In this document: positions 12,458 to 25,139 of the stretch, in pieces
Position numbering within the stretch: the stretch's first letter is position 1
Layout of the letters: the number at the start of each line of letters is the position of its first letter
From: Octopus sinensis
Taxonomy: Eukaryota
Length of the DNA stretch: 59,263 bases
NCBI RefSeq assembly: GCF_006345805.1
Contig: NW_021832990.1
Span: 1-59,263 of the forward strand
Reading direction: 5' to 3'
Program-made: the position numbers and the translations under genes
Notes under the pieces: model-generated
Seen by the model: the letters and a program-made list of their open reading frames with translations, nothing else
Databases searched by the model: none
Told to the model about the DNA's origin: nothing

Positions 12458-14551
12458 TCAAAGTCCCCTTAGTTGATTGCGCAGGATACGAATAGTATCT
12501 GCTCTTTCACCATTCTCTTTATAAGCATTAACTTCAGGCATACTATTAAAATTAAGAAAAACTAATAAACTCGATAATATCTATTTCCGCATCATGAGCA
12601 CATTTTTCAATCCAGTTATGATGCTGTTTTGTTTTTTCATTTCTATACTCCGTTATTATAAGGGAAAACGTATGTTCTAATTTCATAATCTTGACTGCAA
12701 TTGAAACTCGTTCTTTCGACTTTTTAAGCAAATCAAAATCCTTTATCTCAAATGTAGCCATATTAGAAACTAATAATCAAGACATAAAATAAACCTCTAT
12801 TGAGCTGATGTTGAATATTCAGAAATCTTTTATGCTCATCGTAACCAACGATAGTAATAGTACACCCAGGTTTATCAGCCCTCGCCGTTCTTCCACTACG
12901 ATGGACATACACCTAAAAATAATTATATTTAAAATTAAATAACTTCAGTCATAGTCGATACTTGATAGTGTATGACATTTTCGATATCCTCAATATCCAG
13001 TCCGCGCGAAGCTACGTCCGTTGCGACCAAAACGGAAGGGCCCCTTGCAGCTAAAAGATAACTATGACAGCTTAACAAACCACGGAATCTTTCAATATTA
13101 CGGAATCGATGTTTTTGAAGCATGTCGGCATGTAGAATGCAAACAGAAAAACTTCCAGTATTAGGAGGAGATAAAATTCGAAGAATTGCAGCAATTCTGC
13201 GCGTGCAATCTTTTGAGTTTGTGAATACAATAGATCTCCCTTTTAAAGATTCCAATATATAATAAAGATAATCATCCTTTTATAAATTATAAAATTAAAT
13301 GCCTTTTCTTCTCGTTTACAATACAGCTTTTGCTCGTAAAGAGTGTTTACAAGGAAAGAGGTATTCGATAAGTCAATTAAAGTATAATTTCGCCTTATTC
13401 CAGTCTTACTCACCAATGATTCTAATTATTAGTTAGTCTTATTGAGCTCACTAAGTTTTGACTTGAGGGTTTGCTTTTTTCCATTTGGATTTTGACGATT
13501 TTTTGTATCCTGAACAAATGTCATTGTGGCCGAAAATACAAATGTCCGTCTCATTGATCTCCCAGGAGAACTGTAAATATAAAATATATAGAACTACCTA
13601 TTCAAGTCGTCAATTATGAATGAAAAATGTTCGAAATAATCTTTTCCAATCATTCGATCTGCTTCGTCGATTACCAGAAATCTAACATTGCGGATTTTAG
13701 AAGCAAAATCAAATCCCTTAGTTTCAATTTTATGAAATAAACATCTTGGATAAGTTGCCATAACCGCCCTGGAGTTGCAACTACGATTTCAGGGCAAGAT
13801 TGAAATATTCGTTCTTGTTTAACTTGAGCAATTCCTCCTACAATACATTCAACCTAAAAACTAAAGATTAAACAATGACCTTAATATCGGCAGTATTCAC
13901 AATACGGAGAATATGCTCACGTATTTGAATTGCCAATTCTCGAGTAGGGGTTAAAACAAGTGCTTGGGGCTGAAAATTTATAAATTAAAGTAACATTTAA
14001 ATTAGATTTCGTTTTATTTTTGAGAATGAAATCAACTATTGGAATCCCAAAAGCTAACGTTTTCCCACTTCCCTTTAAATTTATTTTCAAAGTCAACTGT
14101 TTGAGCACATCCAATGATGTCTGATTGAGTTTTTAAAGCGGAAGAAATGGTTTTTGATTGAATTTCAGTCGGTTCATAAAATTTTAGCTTTTTTAGCGCA
14201 GAAATAATTTTTGGATGTATTTCTAAAACGTTCCAGGCAGAAATTTCAGAATCTAGGCAAATTTGGATAAAGAGGATCAATAAAACCAAAGTTCACTGTA
14301 TTTTCAATTTCCTCATTGTATGTCTTTTTGGATTTTCTATTTCCTTTATGTCCCTCCACATGCTTTCTTTTTTTTGAAAACTTCAAAGTAGTGTGGATCT
14401 GAATTTCTATGTGTACACTATTATTTGGAACCTTCTTCGTTGTTTGTAGGCAGTAGTCATTAGTTTCCTCAATGTCTATTACACCATCGAAATTATTGCT
14501 TTTTAAATTTGAATTGTCTACTTTTTTCCAGTTTTTGGAATTGGTAATCAT
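12458..14551 (-). CDS. DDX24: DEAD-box RNA helicase DDX24/Mak5, multi-exon
   Basis: [64 protein letters not shown] and HRSGRTARA motifs after removing ~25-30 nt introns; 3' end slightly uncertain. Confidence 0.9.
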
Positions 14552-15629
14552 TTATTTCAAGAACACACGTCGACTTAATACAAACGCTAATATTTTATTT
14601 ATAAATTTAAATAACATGTTTCACACAATCTTCAATATAATAAATCTTTAGTTATATCTTAATTAGATTATTACTTAATAAGTCTGGTCATTATTTAGGT
14701 TGGTTTCATACACATTTCATAAAATTGAAGGGAATAATGGAGAAATGTGCTGTATTTTAACAGCTAAAAGGTTTTCATGATTATTTAAGCACTGATAATA
14801 ACAAAATAGTCTACTATATATTTTGAATCTGAAGCATTTTCTGGTATATTGTTTATTATGAATTCTATTCCTTCTTCCATATCTCTAATGGGCAAAAACG
14901 CAAGAGCGTCTATCATAGCGCAAAAAATGTTTAAATTAATATTATCTTTATATTCTTTTACAAAATCCAATTCTTGAATTTTTTCCAAGTTGACTGCCTT
15001 AAATGATAATAACATCCTGTAATATGAATCACATTTTGAATAGTCTCAAAAAATTCTTCGTAAATCTTTTTTGATTTAAAAAGTAATAATCCATAAATAG
15101 TTGTAATTCGACTGGGATTGAACTCAATTCTGATAAAATACATTTCTTAAATATACATGGTGCCATAGAGAAATTTATATCCACATACCATGTGGAATTT
15201 TCCAATAACGTTAAATTAATATTGGTGCTAAATATTAAAATTCTATTGTTTGTTTTATGATTATCATAAATTAAAAAGTTTTATGAATCTGGACTAAAAG
15301 TTAAAAATGATGGAATATCTTTGAGATTTGAAATATTTTTTTAGAATAAGTAGAGACAAGCTTTAGTCCCTTATTGTTCGCTTGAAAGAATCTGCAGAAG
15401 GGAGAATAATTCTGGATGCTGTATCACATTTAGAAACAACATTTGAATAGATTTGTAAAAAATTCTGGTACTTTTGTCGAAGTGGTCGCAGTTTTTGTTA
15501 GGCCTTTTAAAAAATCTAATAATTTTTGAGGTGGAATATATTATATTTTATTTAAGTCGCTCTATCAATAATTTAAAATATTATTAATTTTTTACTAATT
15601 TATTTTCTAATTTTTTTAATATTATGGCG

Positions 15630-16250
15630 AGCATGTACCTAATATTGATATAAACTGGCACTATAGGTCACATGAAATTCTGTTGTGGACTTATGCAACA
15701 TCAAATTCCGACACAGCTCCCAATAAGTAAGGAGGATGCTTGCATTTTCTGCAAAATGTGGATATCCTTTCAAATCACGTATATGTCCGAAGGGACATCA
15801 GATGGAATTAGTCTTGGACCGAAGCTCAATTGGAATAGTAATTCGATATGTCGAGGTGGGAAGCATTATTTATAGTGACTGCTGGAAAGGTTAGCATTAT
15901 TTGATTAACATTTAGGGTATTCAACTGATCATTGGTGGTTGAAACGGCTACACACACGAAACCGTAACCATAAGTAAGGAAATATATATATTCAGAAAAT
16001 TCTTTGTGGATCCAACGACGGAGTGCACACCCAGACAGTAGAACGAATGTGGGGAAGTGCAAAATGCAAGAATAAGCTCAAAGAGGAGCTGTAAGACATC
16101 ATCTGGGATCTTATTTCGCAGGTTTTTTTTAGTTAGTTATTTTTTCAGAATTTATGTGGCGAAAACAAATACAGAACTATAAGGAAGTTTTGCACAGATT
16201 GTAAAAGACATAATTCCTTCTACAGTCCTGGAATTTGGATGCCGCGTACT
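15630..16250 (+). mobile_element. Merlin/IS1595 (ISXO2-like) transposase remnant
   Basis: YVEVGSIIYSDCWKG and FVDPTT..HTQTVERMWGSAK motifs with frameshifts. Confidence 0.75.
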
Positions 16251-16556
16251 AAATGACTAAATTGGTTAAATAAATTTTTAAATAATTTTAATAACCATTA
16301 AATTATTGATAGAGGTTATAAATTAAATAATCTATTTTTCACTAAAAAAATTATTAATTTTAATTATCTTCTAAAAAAACTAAATTCTTTTGGCTCTTTT
16401 TTTCATAAGTTTTGCATTGTTTCACAACTTCATCAGTTTTATTTGATTTTCGTTCAAATAATGATTGTAATAGATTCCTTTGTTAGGAAACTTAAAGTTA
16501 TGATCTGTTCTTAAACTTCTGCATCCTTTTGAAGATTTTTTAGCACAATTAAAAAT

Positions 16557-17054
16557 CATGCAATGAACCTAATTGTCAAGAACGCTTTGCATGCAGCTGG
16601 TTTCCCGGCACAGCTGGAGCCTCCTGGTCTCATCCGCACAGACGGAAAAAGGCCTGATGGGATAACAATTTTCCCGTACACCAACGGGAAGTGCCTTGTT
16701 TGGGACTGCGCCTGCACCGACACCTTCTCAGAAACAAACCTGATCGCCTCAGCCTCCTCTCCAGGATATGCTTCACAGAACTACGAAAAAATTAAAAAAT
16801 TAAAATATTCAGAGCTCAAGGACAGGTTCATAGTGCAACCGATTATTGTGGAGTCATCTGGAGTCTTCGGTCCGGAATCAATCTCTTTCATTAGGAAACT
16901 TGGATCCCTGATCTCGGTTCAGACGAAAGAAAGAAGGGAGACCGAATGGCTGTTTCAACGCCTTTCAACAACCGTTTTCAGGGGCAATAGCCACGCTATC
17001 CTTTCTGCTCTTAAGCAACCTTAATTAACCTATATTTTCTTTTGTTTTAGTTTC
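16557..17054 (+). mobile_element. 5'-truncated CRE-like non-LTR retrotransposon, copy 2, with 9-bp TSD
   Basis: LEPPGLIRTDGKRPDG...LVWDCACTD...RGNS; flanked by attaaaaat at 16548-16556 and 17055-17063. Confidence 0.88.
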
Positions 17055-18342
17055 ATTAAAAATTACATAATATTTTATTGTCAAATGCCTTGTATATTAT
17101 AACCTTTGAAACAATTTTTTTCCTCCTTTCTTAGATGATATTATCTCCATTTTGTCTTTTATTTTGGCGGCATACATAATATTTAAAATAGATAGGCCTT
17201 TTAACATAATATAATTAAAATATACAAACTTTTAACATAAAATACATTTCCAGATAGGCCTTGAAATTGATTACAAGTCACTTTTATTATAACCTTGAAA
17301 TTGTTAAACTGATTTAGGGAAAGCGATTATTTCAAAACGAAAAAAAGTCAAGTTCGTTAGCGAAATTACGGACTTGACTTTTTTTCCGTTTTGCGCAAAA
17401 TTTAGAACATTTATAACGGAAAAAATTTCAAAATTTGGAAAATAGAAAACCGGAAAAAAATTTAATTATTGAAAAAAATCGTTAAAAATTAAAATTTGTT
17501 ATTATTCCTATAAAGATACGATATAAAGTAAACAAAGAAGACTTGATCTTTTTCTACTCGACTTTTTCCGCTTGACTTTCTTTCCGCATACCGTGTTAAC
17601 GCAAATATTGAAGAAATTTTTTGAGCATTACATATTAATCTGACTCAAAAATTCAAGTCTGACTCAAAATATATTGAATCTGACTCCAAAATTAAAGTAT
17701 TCTACAAGTTTATATCCGATTGTAACTCGAACAGATCCATTTGAAATTTGTCAAAAGCAAAAGCAGAATCAATATGAATGGGTACTGAGAATACTTTTAA
17801 AAAAGGCAAATGCTTTTTGAATTTATAAAAACGTTTATCACATTCATTAATCATATATTTTACTGTGAGTTTTGTAGTTTATCCCAACATTATTTGATTT
17901 CATAACGTTTATCCACCATGTGGCATAAAAGACGTGTGCCTTGCTGTCTTTTTCGATTATAAAGTATCCCAATCAGTTTTTAAATACACGATTCTCTTCT
18001 TTTTTTTCCTAGCTTTTTTAAATAATTCTCGTACGAATTTTGACAGGTCATATCATACAGATATTCAATAATAACAACAATGTTTTGAACACCATCATTT
18101 AAAGACAATACATACCTAGCCTAAATTCATTAAATAAATTTAATTTGAAAAAGTAGCTATGGGAGCACAAATAAAATTCGAGAACTGCTGATCTAGTTAA
18201 AGATGATCTAAAAATAAAGAAAATGTGTGATAATATCAGCAGCTCCTTTTGAAGCAAATCGTTCTATTGGTTATTTGTTAAATAACAACAAAATTTCTAT
18301 GAAAATGATACTTATTTTATGAAATAACGTTATTGAAATTAA

Positions 18343-20494
18343 TTAGTTAAGATCTGACGCTAACCATTTATTCCATTTATTTTCTAATCTATTAATATAA
18401 CTCCTTTCGCACACAAATCTATAATTTTTAATTAAAGCAAGATTATACCTATTTTCATAAATTTTATACAAATCTTCATCATTTTTACGTGTTATATCTT
18501 TGTATTCTTCTGAATCATGTGGTTTGAATATTAAATCAAACTCATTTAATGTTTCATTTATATCAAATTTTAATAAAAGACTTGAATTTACATCTAATTC
18601 AGATAAATTTTTTAAATGAATACCTTGACCATTTTGTCCATATGCAATTATTTTGTAATTTTCAGTTATTATAAATCCTTTAAAGAAAAAATCGTCGAAT
18701 TTGAGGTTTAAATTGCATAAAATATTATTTTTAATTACATCAATAACAATGATCCTATTTGTTTGCCCAACAAAAATCTGTAATATTTAGAAAAATAATT
18801 ACTAGATCTTTACAATAATCAAGACTTTTTAAACTTTCTATTTTACCCTCTCTTCCAAATTCATTTCTTAAATAGTCATTTAAGACGCCACCTTTGCAAT
18901 ACTAGTGAAACTTCAGATTTCTTGTTACAAAATTCTATTTTATAAATAAAACTATCTTTGAATAAAATAACAACGACTCCGTGGTTCTCGTTTTTATAAC
19001 AAAGCTCATTTATAAAAATCATTTTCTTAACTTTATGTATTTTAGGTATTGAGGTGACAACAAGTGTTTCATCTAAAAATTTTATAATTAAAAAATTGTA
19101 CTTGTTGAATAATTTTTGATCACAAATACGTTATCTTTTAAACTATAAATAAAAATTGATTTTCTTTTTGCCGTTGAAAAGCATGTAATGCTGTCTGAAG
19201 TTGGGACTAACGAAATGGGTTTTGTATCACCTAATTTGGTAAATACGCAGCTTATACTTGTTTTCTGTAATTTGTAACAATAAATATTATTATCTCCTTC
19301 CCAATGCATGTAAAATTGTAAAATTCCTTAAATAATTTCAAATATTTCATTACCATTTTTAGAAAACGAAATTTTGCCTGGTCTTAAAATTAATTGCGTA
19401 ATGAATGTTAATTAATTAAGATTCTAAATTGAAATTACCCAATATTATAAGATATCTCTGTTTTATTAAATACTCTTGAATAATTTTCAAAGAAGGTCTG
19501 CGTTAGCAAATGATTATTTCCGGTCGCAATACATTTATCATATTCACTTTTATTTAGCAACGATTGTATTGAGTTTAACGTAGGAGCTAAATGGATAATA
19601 AAAATTAATTAATTCAACGACTCAGTTTGCTTGGAGGAGAAATTCTAAAAAGGAAGACAAGGGGAGAAAAACTAGATGACTTGTCCTAAAAATATTTTAA
19701 AGGTTTCTAAACAATTATTAATGTATCTTCCACTTCAAATTTTATTATATTAAGTTCATTCTCCCAATTTTTTCTAGGAATTTCATAAATTTCTACGCAA
19801 TAAGAATTATTTGGTTCTAAATTTATTATTTTCATAAAATTATTACTCTTAATGTTAATTGCAATAAAATTCTTGCATATGAAAGTGTAAAATCGTGTAT
19901 TGCATCATCATTATTTGATTTCTGAATATATTAAAAATGAAAATTACTAAATTATCAATAGAACGTATAACAAAAATGTTTTTATTTTGATAAAATATAA
20001 AATCCATTCTACCTTAAAAAGTCATCATTATTAAAAAACCTTCACTAGTTAGAAATAAACAAATTTGATGACAACATAGTTCGTCAAATGGAACTCCATG
20101 TATAACATCATATTCAAATTTCATTAGATTTACAAAAGATGAATCGTATATTAAAATAATTCGATCAGAACCAATTATAAAAGTTCCAACAATACTGTCA
20201 TGAATAACAAAATTTATAGAATGTTCAATCTAAAAAATATTAATATAAAATTCTAATTTTTTACATCAAATGTATCACTATGTTTGATATGTGTTTCGCA
20301 TTCAATTTTATTTTCTATTCTTAATTGCTTAAAATACAGTAATTCAAAAACGTTATCCAATATTGACAGAATAAGTTCTTTAACTATATATATGACTCAG
20401 TGCATGAATACCATATAAATTATTTGTAAACTGAGAATCACAGAAATTAATGTCACACCCAAAAGACATGAAGTAAATATAACCATGGTAACAT
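18343..20494 (-). CDS. Uncharacterised multi-exon gene
   Basis: First exons splice in frame through GT-AG mini-introns (MLPWLYLLHVFW|FTNNLY|VKELILSILDN|QLRIENKIECETH...); last exon FVCERSYINRLENKWNKWLASDLN*; middle exons not fully resolved. Confidence 0.6.
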
Positions 20495-20913
20495 TAATAA
20501 TTTTTGGCAAAAAAAATAAATATCATAATTAAAATATATGAATTTAACTTTAATGAGTAGTCAACACTTGAGTATGAATAGTAATGTTAAATGTAATTTT
20601 ACTACCTCGCGACATTTAAATTCGCATTGGAAAGTAAATCGCAAGTAATTAAGATACATGCTAAAACTACTCAATTGTAAAATGGGTAAAAGTGTGACCG
20701 ATTCACATCATAAAATTATCTTCATAAAATTGTTTGATGTTTCAACATAATAATTTTTTTATAAAATAAAAAATGGCTCATGTTGGAAAAGATCTTACTA
20801 TCAAAGATAATAATGATTTGTTGACTTCCCAGTTCTGGATATAAATGAAAACTTATATTTGAAATTACTTTTGTAATTGGCAAAAATTATGTTGAAAATA
20901 AAGTTTATTTCTG

Positions 20914-23900
20914 TTAGAAATTAAATAAATCGTCAATATTTGAATTCTGGGTTGTTGTTTTATTGATGGAAAAATTTTGACGAGATTGTTGGTTTTGAAT
21001 CGGATATGTAGTTCGTTGTTCAGCTGGTTGATTTTGCCTAGACTCAAATGGATCCTGTGCGAATGACTGAGTTTTAAGATTGGATAAATTAGTAGTAGAT
21101 TTTTCACTAAAATGGTGATTTTGTCCAAAATTAAAGGGGTCTTTAACAAATGGCTGTTGCTGCATTGGATACGTAGGTTTTGAATCAATTAGCTGATTTT
21201 TATTTTTTTGATCTAAATATTAATTTTTCGGAAAACCAGATTGATAATGCATAGATCCAAAAGTGTTTTGTGTAGATCCAAAAGGAGTTTCTCCAAATGG
21301 CTGATTTTGTGCGGATCCAAAAAAGTCTCTCCAAGTGGTTGATTTTGTATGGATCCAAATGGAGATTTTTTTGTTGATGCAAAAAGAGTTTCTCCAAATG
21401 ACTGATTTTGTGCGGATCCAAATGGAGGGTTTTTTGTAGTTCCAAAAGGAGTTTCTCCAAATGACTGATTTTGTGCGGATCCAAATGGAGGGTTTTTTGT
21501 AGTTCCAGAAGGAGTTTCTCCAAATGACTGATTTTGTGCGGATCCAAATGGAGGGTTTTTTGTAGATCCAAAAGGGGTCTCTCCAAATGGTTGATTTTGT
21601 GTGTATCCAAATGGATGGTTTTGTGTAGATCCAAAAGGGGTCTCTCCAAATGGTTGATTTTGTGTGGATCCAAATGGAGGGTTTTGTGTAGATCCAAAAG
21701 GGGTCTCTCCAAATGGTTGATTTTGCGTGGATCCAAATGGAGGGTTTTTTGTTGATGCAAAATGAGTTTCTCCAAATGGTTGATTTTGTGCGGATCCAAA
21801 TGGAGGGTTTTGTGTAGATCCAAAAGGGGTCTCTCCAAATAGTTGATTTTGTGTGGATCCAAATGGAGGGTTTTGTGTAGATCCAAAAGGTATTGTCCAA
21901 ATGGCTGATTTGGTGCGGATCCAAATGGAGGGTTTTGTGTAGATCCAAAAGGTGTTTCTCCAAATGGCTGATTTGGTGCGGATCCAAATGGAGGATTATG
22001 AGTAGATCCAAAAGGTGCCTCGCCAAATAATTGATTTTGTGTGGATCCAAATTGAGTTTCTCCAAATGGTTGAGTTTGTGCGCATCCAAATTGTGGGTTT
22101 TGTGTAGACCCAAAAGAGGTCTCTCCAAATGGCTGATTTTGTGTCGATCCAAAAGGACAGAAAACGTCATTAGAACAAAATGGATTTGATTTTTCTTGAA
22201 TCACTGGCTCCTGCTGGAAATATGTACTTGACTAAAATATTCTAAAGGACGTTAACTATATTAATTTGATTATTAACAGCAGACGATGAATCATACTGCT
22301 TCATAATATCATCAATAACAGTTAGATTATTTTGTTTTGAAGAGTCTCGAACTTCTAAAAGATATATGTTTAATATTAATGCTTTGATGTATGATAATTA
22401 CCATTTTTTGAGGAACTAAATGGTTGGTCAAAAAACGAATCCATATTTTGACCGCAAGAAATTCTTGAGGGATCTTCCATATACTGAAAAGAAGTTGAAT
22501 TAACTTTTGTTGAGATACTGAACAGAAAATGTCTCTTGCGGGCTCTTAACGTATATCCACATTTCAATTACCATTAAAGGAGAAAAGATCATCTAATTCA
22601 CCTAATTAGATTAATATATTCCCGTACTACCTGAAACAGAATTGATTGGATTTACATTAATTACTGACGGTCGTGGGGATGTATCTAATCAAATTTATTA
22701 AATACATATTAGATAAATATATACGTCATTATGTTAATGTGCTTAAATTAGTTAAACCTGTAAGAAAATCAGTAGAAATTGGTAATAAATTTTTTTTGCC
22801 TACTTATTTAAAAAATAATTTAACTTTGATTCGGCTTTTTTAGTTGTTCTGAGACGCTGGCCTAGAATTTAAAATAATGGAAAAACCGAAATTTTTTTCA
22901 TTGATTTTACATCCCTGCCGTCAATGCTGTTCAAATGATTCTCCATAGACTCCAACAGTGCAGGAGATACCTTAAATAGAAATTCCATATTATAAACTTT
23001 TGTAATAGTCGGAACTCCTTGAATATCTGGATTATCCTAAAAATAGCACTTAAAGAGCAAAAGACCTTAAGAGAAGTAAAAATTTTATCAAACGCCTTAC
23101 AAGACCTTTGAAATTGTACATATTGAGTATAGACTGGTTTCGCGGCATTTTTATCAAGCTGAAAAAAATTTTCTAAAAGGAATGTGAAATCACAAAAAAA
23201 CTGATAAAGACGATAGCTGCGTCGTTGTAGCAGCAAAATAAAGCAATTGAATCTTTTCGGATTAATTTTGAAATAAATGTTGCAACTGGGTTATAAATAA
23301 TAAAAGAATCATCCTAAAATGTTTTAAGAACAAAGTTACATCCACTTCGAAAAGACAGTTTGCCTGTTTATTGAATAGTTCTGCTGTATTAATTAACTAA
23401 TTTGGAATTAGTAAAATCTTAATAACTTACAATGTTGACGTCAGTATTCTGCAAAGACCCAGTTTGGTTTCTAAAAAATGTGTAATATGCTTTATTATTA
23501 AAAAACTAAAGTGAATACATTTAGTTTTAACATAAAAATTACATAACGCTATTTTAGTACATAAAATTCAAAATATTCAAACCCTTTTGGATGTCTAAAA
23601 GTGTCAATTCCTAAATCGCAATAATTTTTGGCCTTGATTTTCAAATAATTAAGGTAAAGCTTGATAAAAATTGAAGCACTTCTGCCTAATAAAAATCAGT
23701 TAGACAAAAATAGCACTTTGTGCTTTCTTTGGATCAAAACGAGGTTCGAATTTAAAAATTCTCATATCCGAAGAGAGATATGAAAGAAAACGCTAAGGTA
23801 ACCAATCAGGTTGAAAAACCTCATCTCCGTAAAGCATAAGATGATGAATAGTTGCAGCTGTCTTTAGAGTGACAAAATAATTTCCATTTTCAAGACGTTC

Positions 23901-24119
23901 GGCGAAAAGACTGGACATTTGAGGCAAGGAAACTCCTCTTTCACGTGTATATTGACATAATGCTATATATTAGGAAATTTTTCAAATACATAATAAATGT
24001 TTAGACTTTGGTGGGATTTCTTCTTCTGTGGTGGCTTTATAAATAATTTTGGACACGCCATCGCCAACTACTCCCTGAACTGCTGCATTCACTCTATCTT
24101 TAATGGTTTGATGATTCAT
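20914..24119 (-). CDS. PICALM: ANTH-domain clathrin assembly protein (PICALM/AP180 family), paralogue A
   Basis: MNHQTIKDRVNAAVQGVVGDGVSKIIYKATTEEEIPPKSKHL, VTLKTAATIHHLMLYGDE and LLENFFQLDK match the ANTH domain; long low-complexity tail with two apparent frameshifts. Confidence 0.85.
21260..22150 (-). repeat. Coding tandem repeat, ~63-bp unit (~14 copies), GSTQNPPFGSAQNQPFGETPF
   Basis: 21-aa periodicity in the overlapping ORFs; ggatccaaatggagggtttt recurs. Confidence 0.95.
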
Positions 24120-24379
24120 TTCTGTCACAACAATGTCAACCTGAAGAAGGTCAATTAAATTATAAAAATTACAAATTTTATTCAAATTTAAAAATATTAT
24201 GCCAAAAAAAATATAATACATCAATCGAAAAATTATATGAATAATTTGATTTTTGAAATTTTGATATAGCGATTAATTAGCGCTTACTGATAGGCTTAAT
24301 TTAACCAAGACCACGGAACTAATTAATCCCGTGATCTCGATGCACTTCGCGAGCGACCTCTTCTGCCCAAAAAAAGAAA

Positions 24380-24960
24380 GTGTGTAGTGGATAATGTGCG
24401 TAATAAGGCGGCGATGATATGCATGACTGACCTCAATAAAAATAACTTACATCATGCCTTGAATACAAGGTCTCATTTCTCTACTAGTAAGTCGATCTGA
24501 TCGAATTCGAGTCGACTATTATGAAATAAACCTTATTTTTAGAAGATAATCACTTCCTCGTGTTGACAGCTATAAAGAGGGATCATACTTGCCTCGCAGG
24601 CTGTTGGGGCGTGGACTGAGTAACGTCGTACACATAAGTGAGCGAATTTGTACTAAGATTCACGACAACTTCTGGAGTGGGTTAAATGTATCTTACTGGA
24701 TGACTACTATTCTTAATATCAAAAAAGCGTGTGGTACACATCTAGGAACCACAAAAGGCTAAGTTTTGGCTAAGTATGGTATACGTGCTACCCAGATTAA
24801 TGAAAGAATTGACCAAACTTAAAAGGGCATTCTTAATTACAAGGATCAACTTAAAAGTCGTTCGTAAGACTCTTTTTAGCAGCCTGGGCAACCCACGTAT
24901 TGACGGCATCAACGTAAAATATGAGTCACTGTCATTATCCTCAGAAGCTGAGATTGTTTG
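24380..24960 (+). mobile_element. R4-like non-LTR fragment (post-RT region), degenerate
   Basis: YLPRRLLGRGLSNV at ~24585-24627 resembles the LYLPRxxGGRGL motif. Confidence 0.6.
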
Positions 24961-25139
24961 TATTGCTCAACTTGGATGGTTCCAATTTCCAGTAGGTAGT
25001 TCCATGTCTAAGTTGAGAAATTCTTCTGTTATTGGATTATCGACTAGTCTATTTATGAGAAGTATAAACAGTAAATTGTTTTCTAGATTGTCGTTTAAAT
25101 TATATATTTTGACTGAAATGCCAAGCAGTTAAGGAAAAC

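Larger units (their letters stand above)
14700..17593 (-). mobile_element. MULE/Mutator-like element remnant (FLYWCH-like N-terminus plus DDE fragments) hosting nested insertions
   Basis: ATG near 17150 (MEIISSKKGGKK..FKGY..), continuing CAKK..GC at ~16545; STWYVD and GCYYHLRQSTWKK at 14960-15200; repeated gacttttt-cc motifs at 17370-17593 resemble a structured TIR. Outer limits approximate. Confidence 0.6.

Noticed and set aside
12420-12495. U12-like donor GTATCCT near the DDX24 3' end
   Set aside because: Reading through ([12 protein letters not shown]) fits the DDX24 C-terminal helix better, and no U12 branch site is visible.
17638-17700. Three ~20-bp tctgactcaaaa repeats
   Set aside because: Too short and degenerate to assign; probably transposon subterminal debris.
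18160-18200. hAT-type termini (gagaactgctg here; similar at ~29340 and ~38088)
   Set aside because: Isolated short matches without a paired TIR, TSD or transposase.
21260-22150. CRISPR-like repeat, or independent overlapping genes in other frames and on the + strand
   Set aside because: It is a tandem coding repeat inside the PICALM gene; the extra ORFs are shadows of the 63-bp unit.
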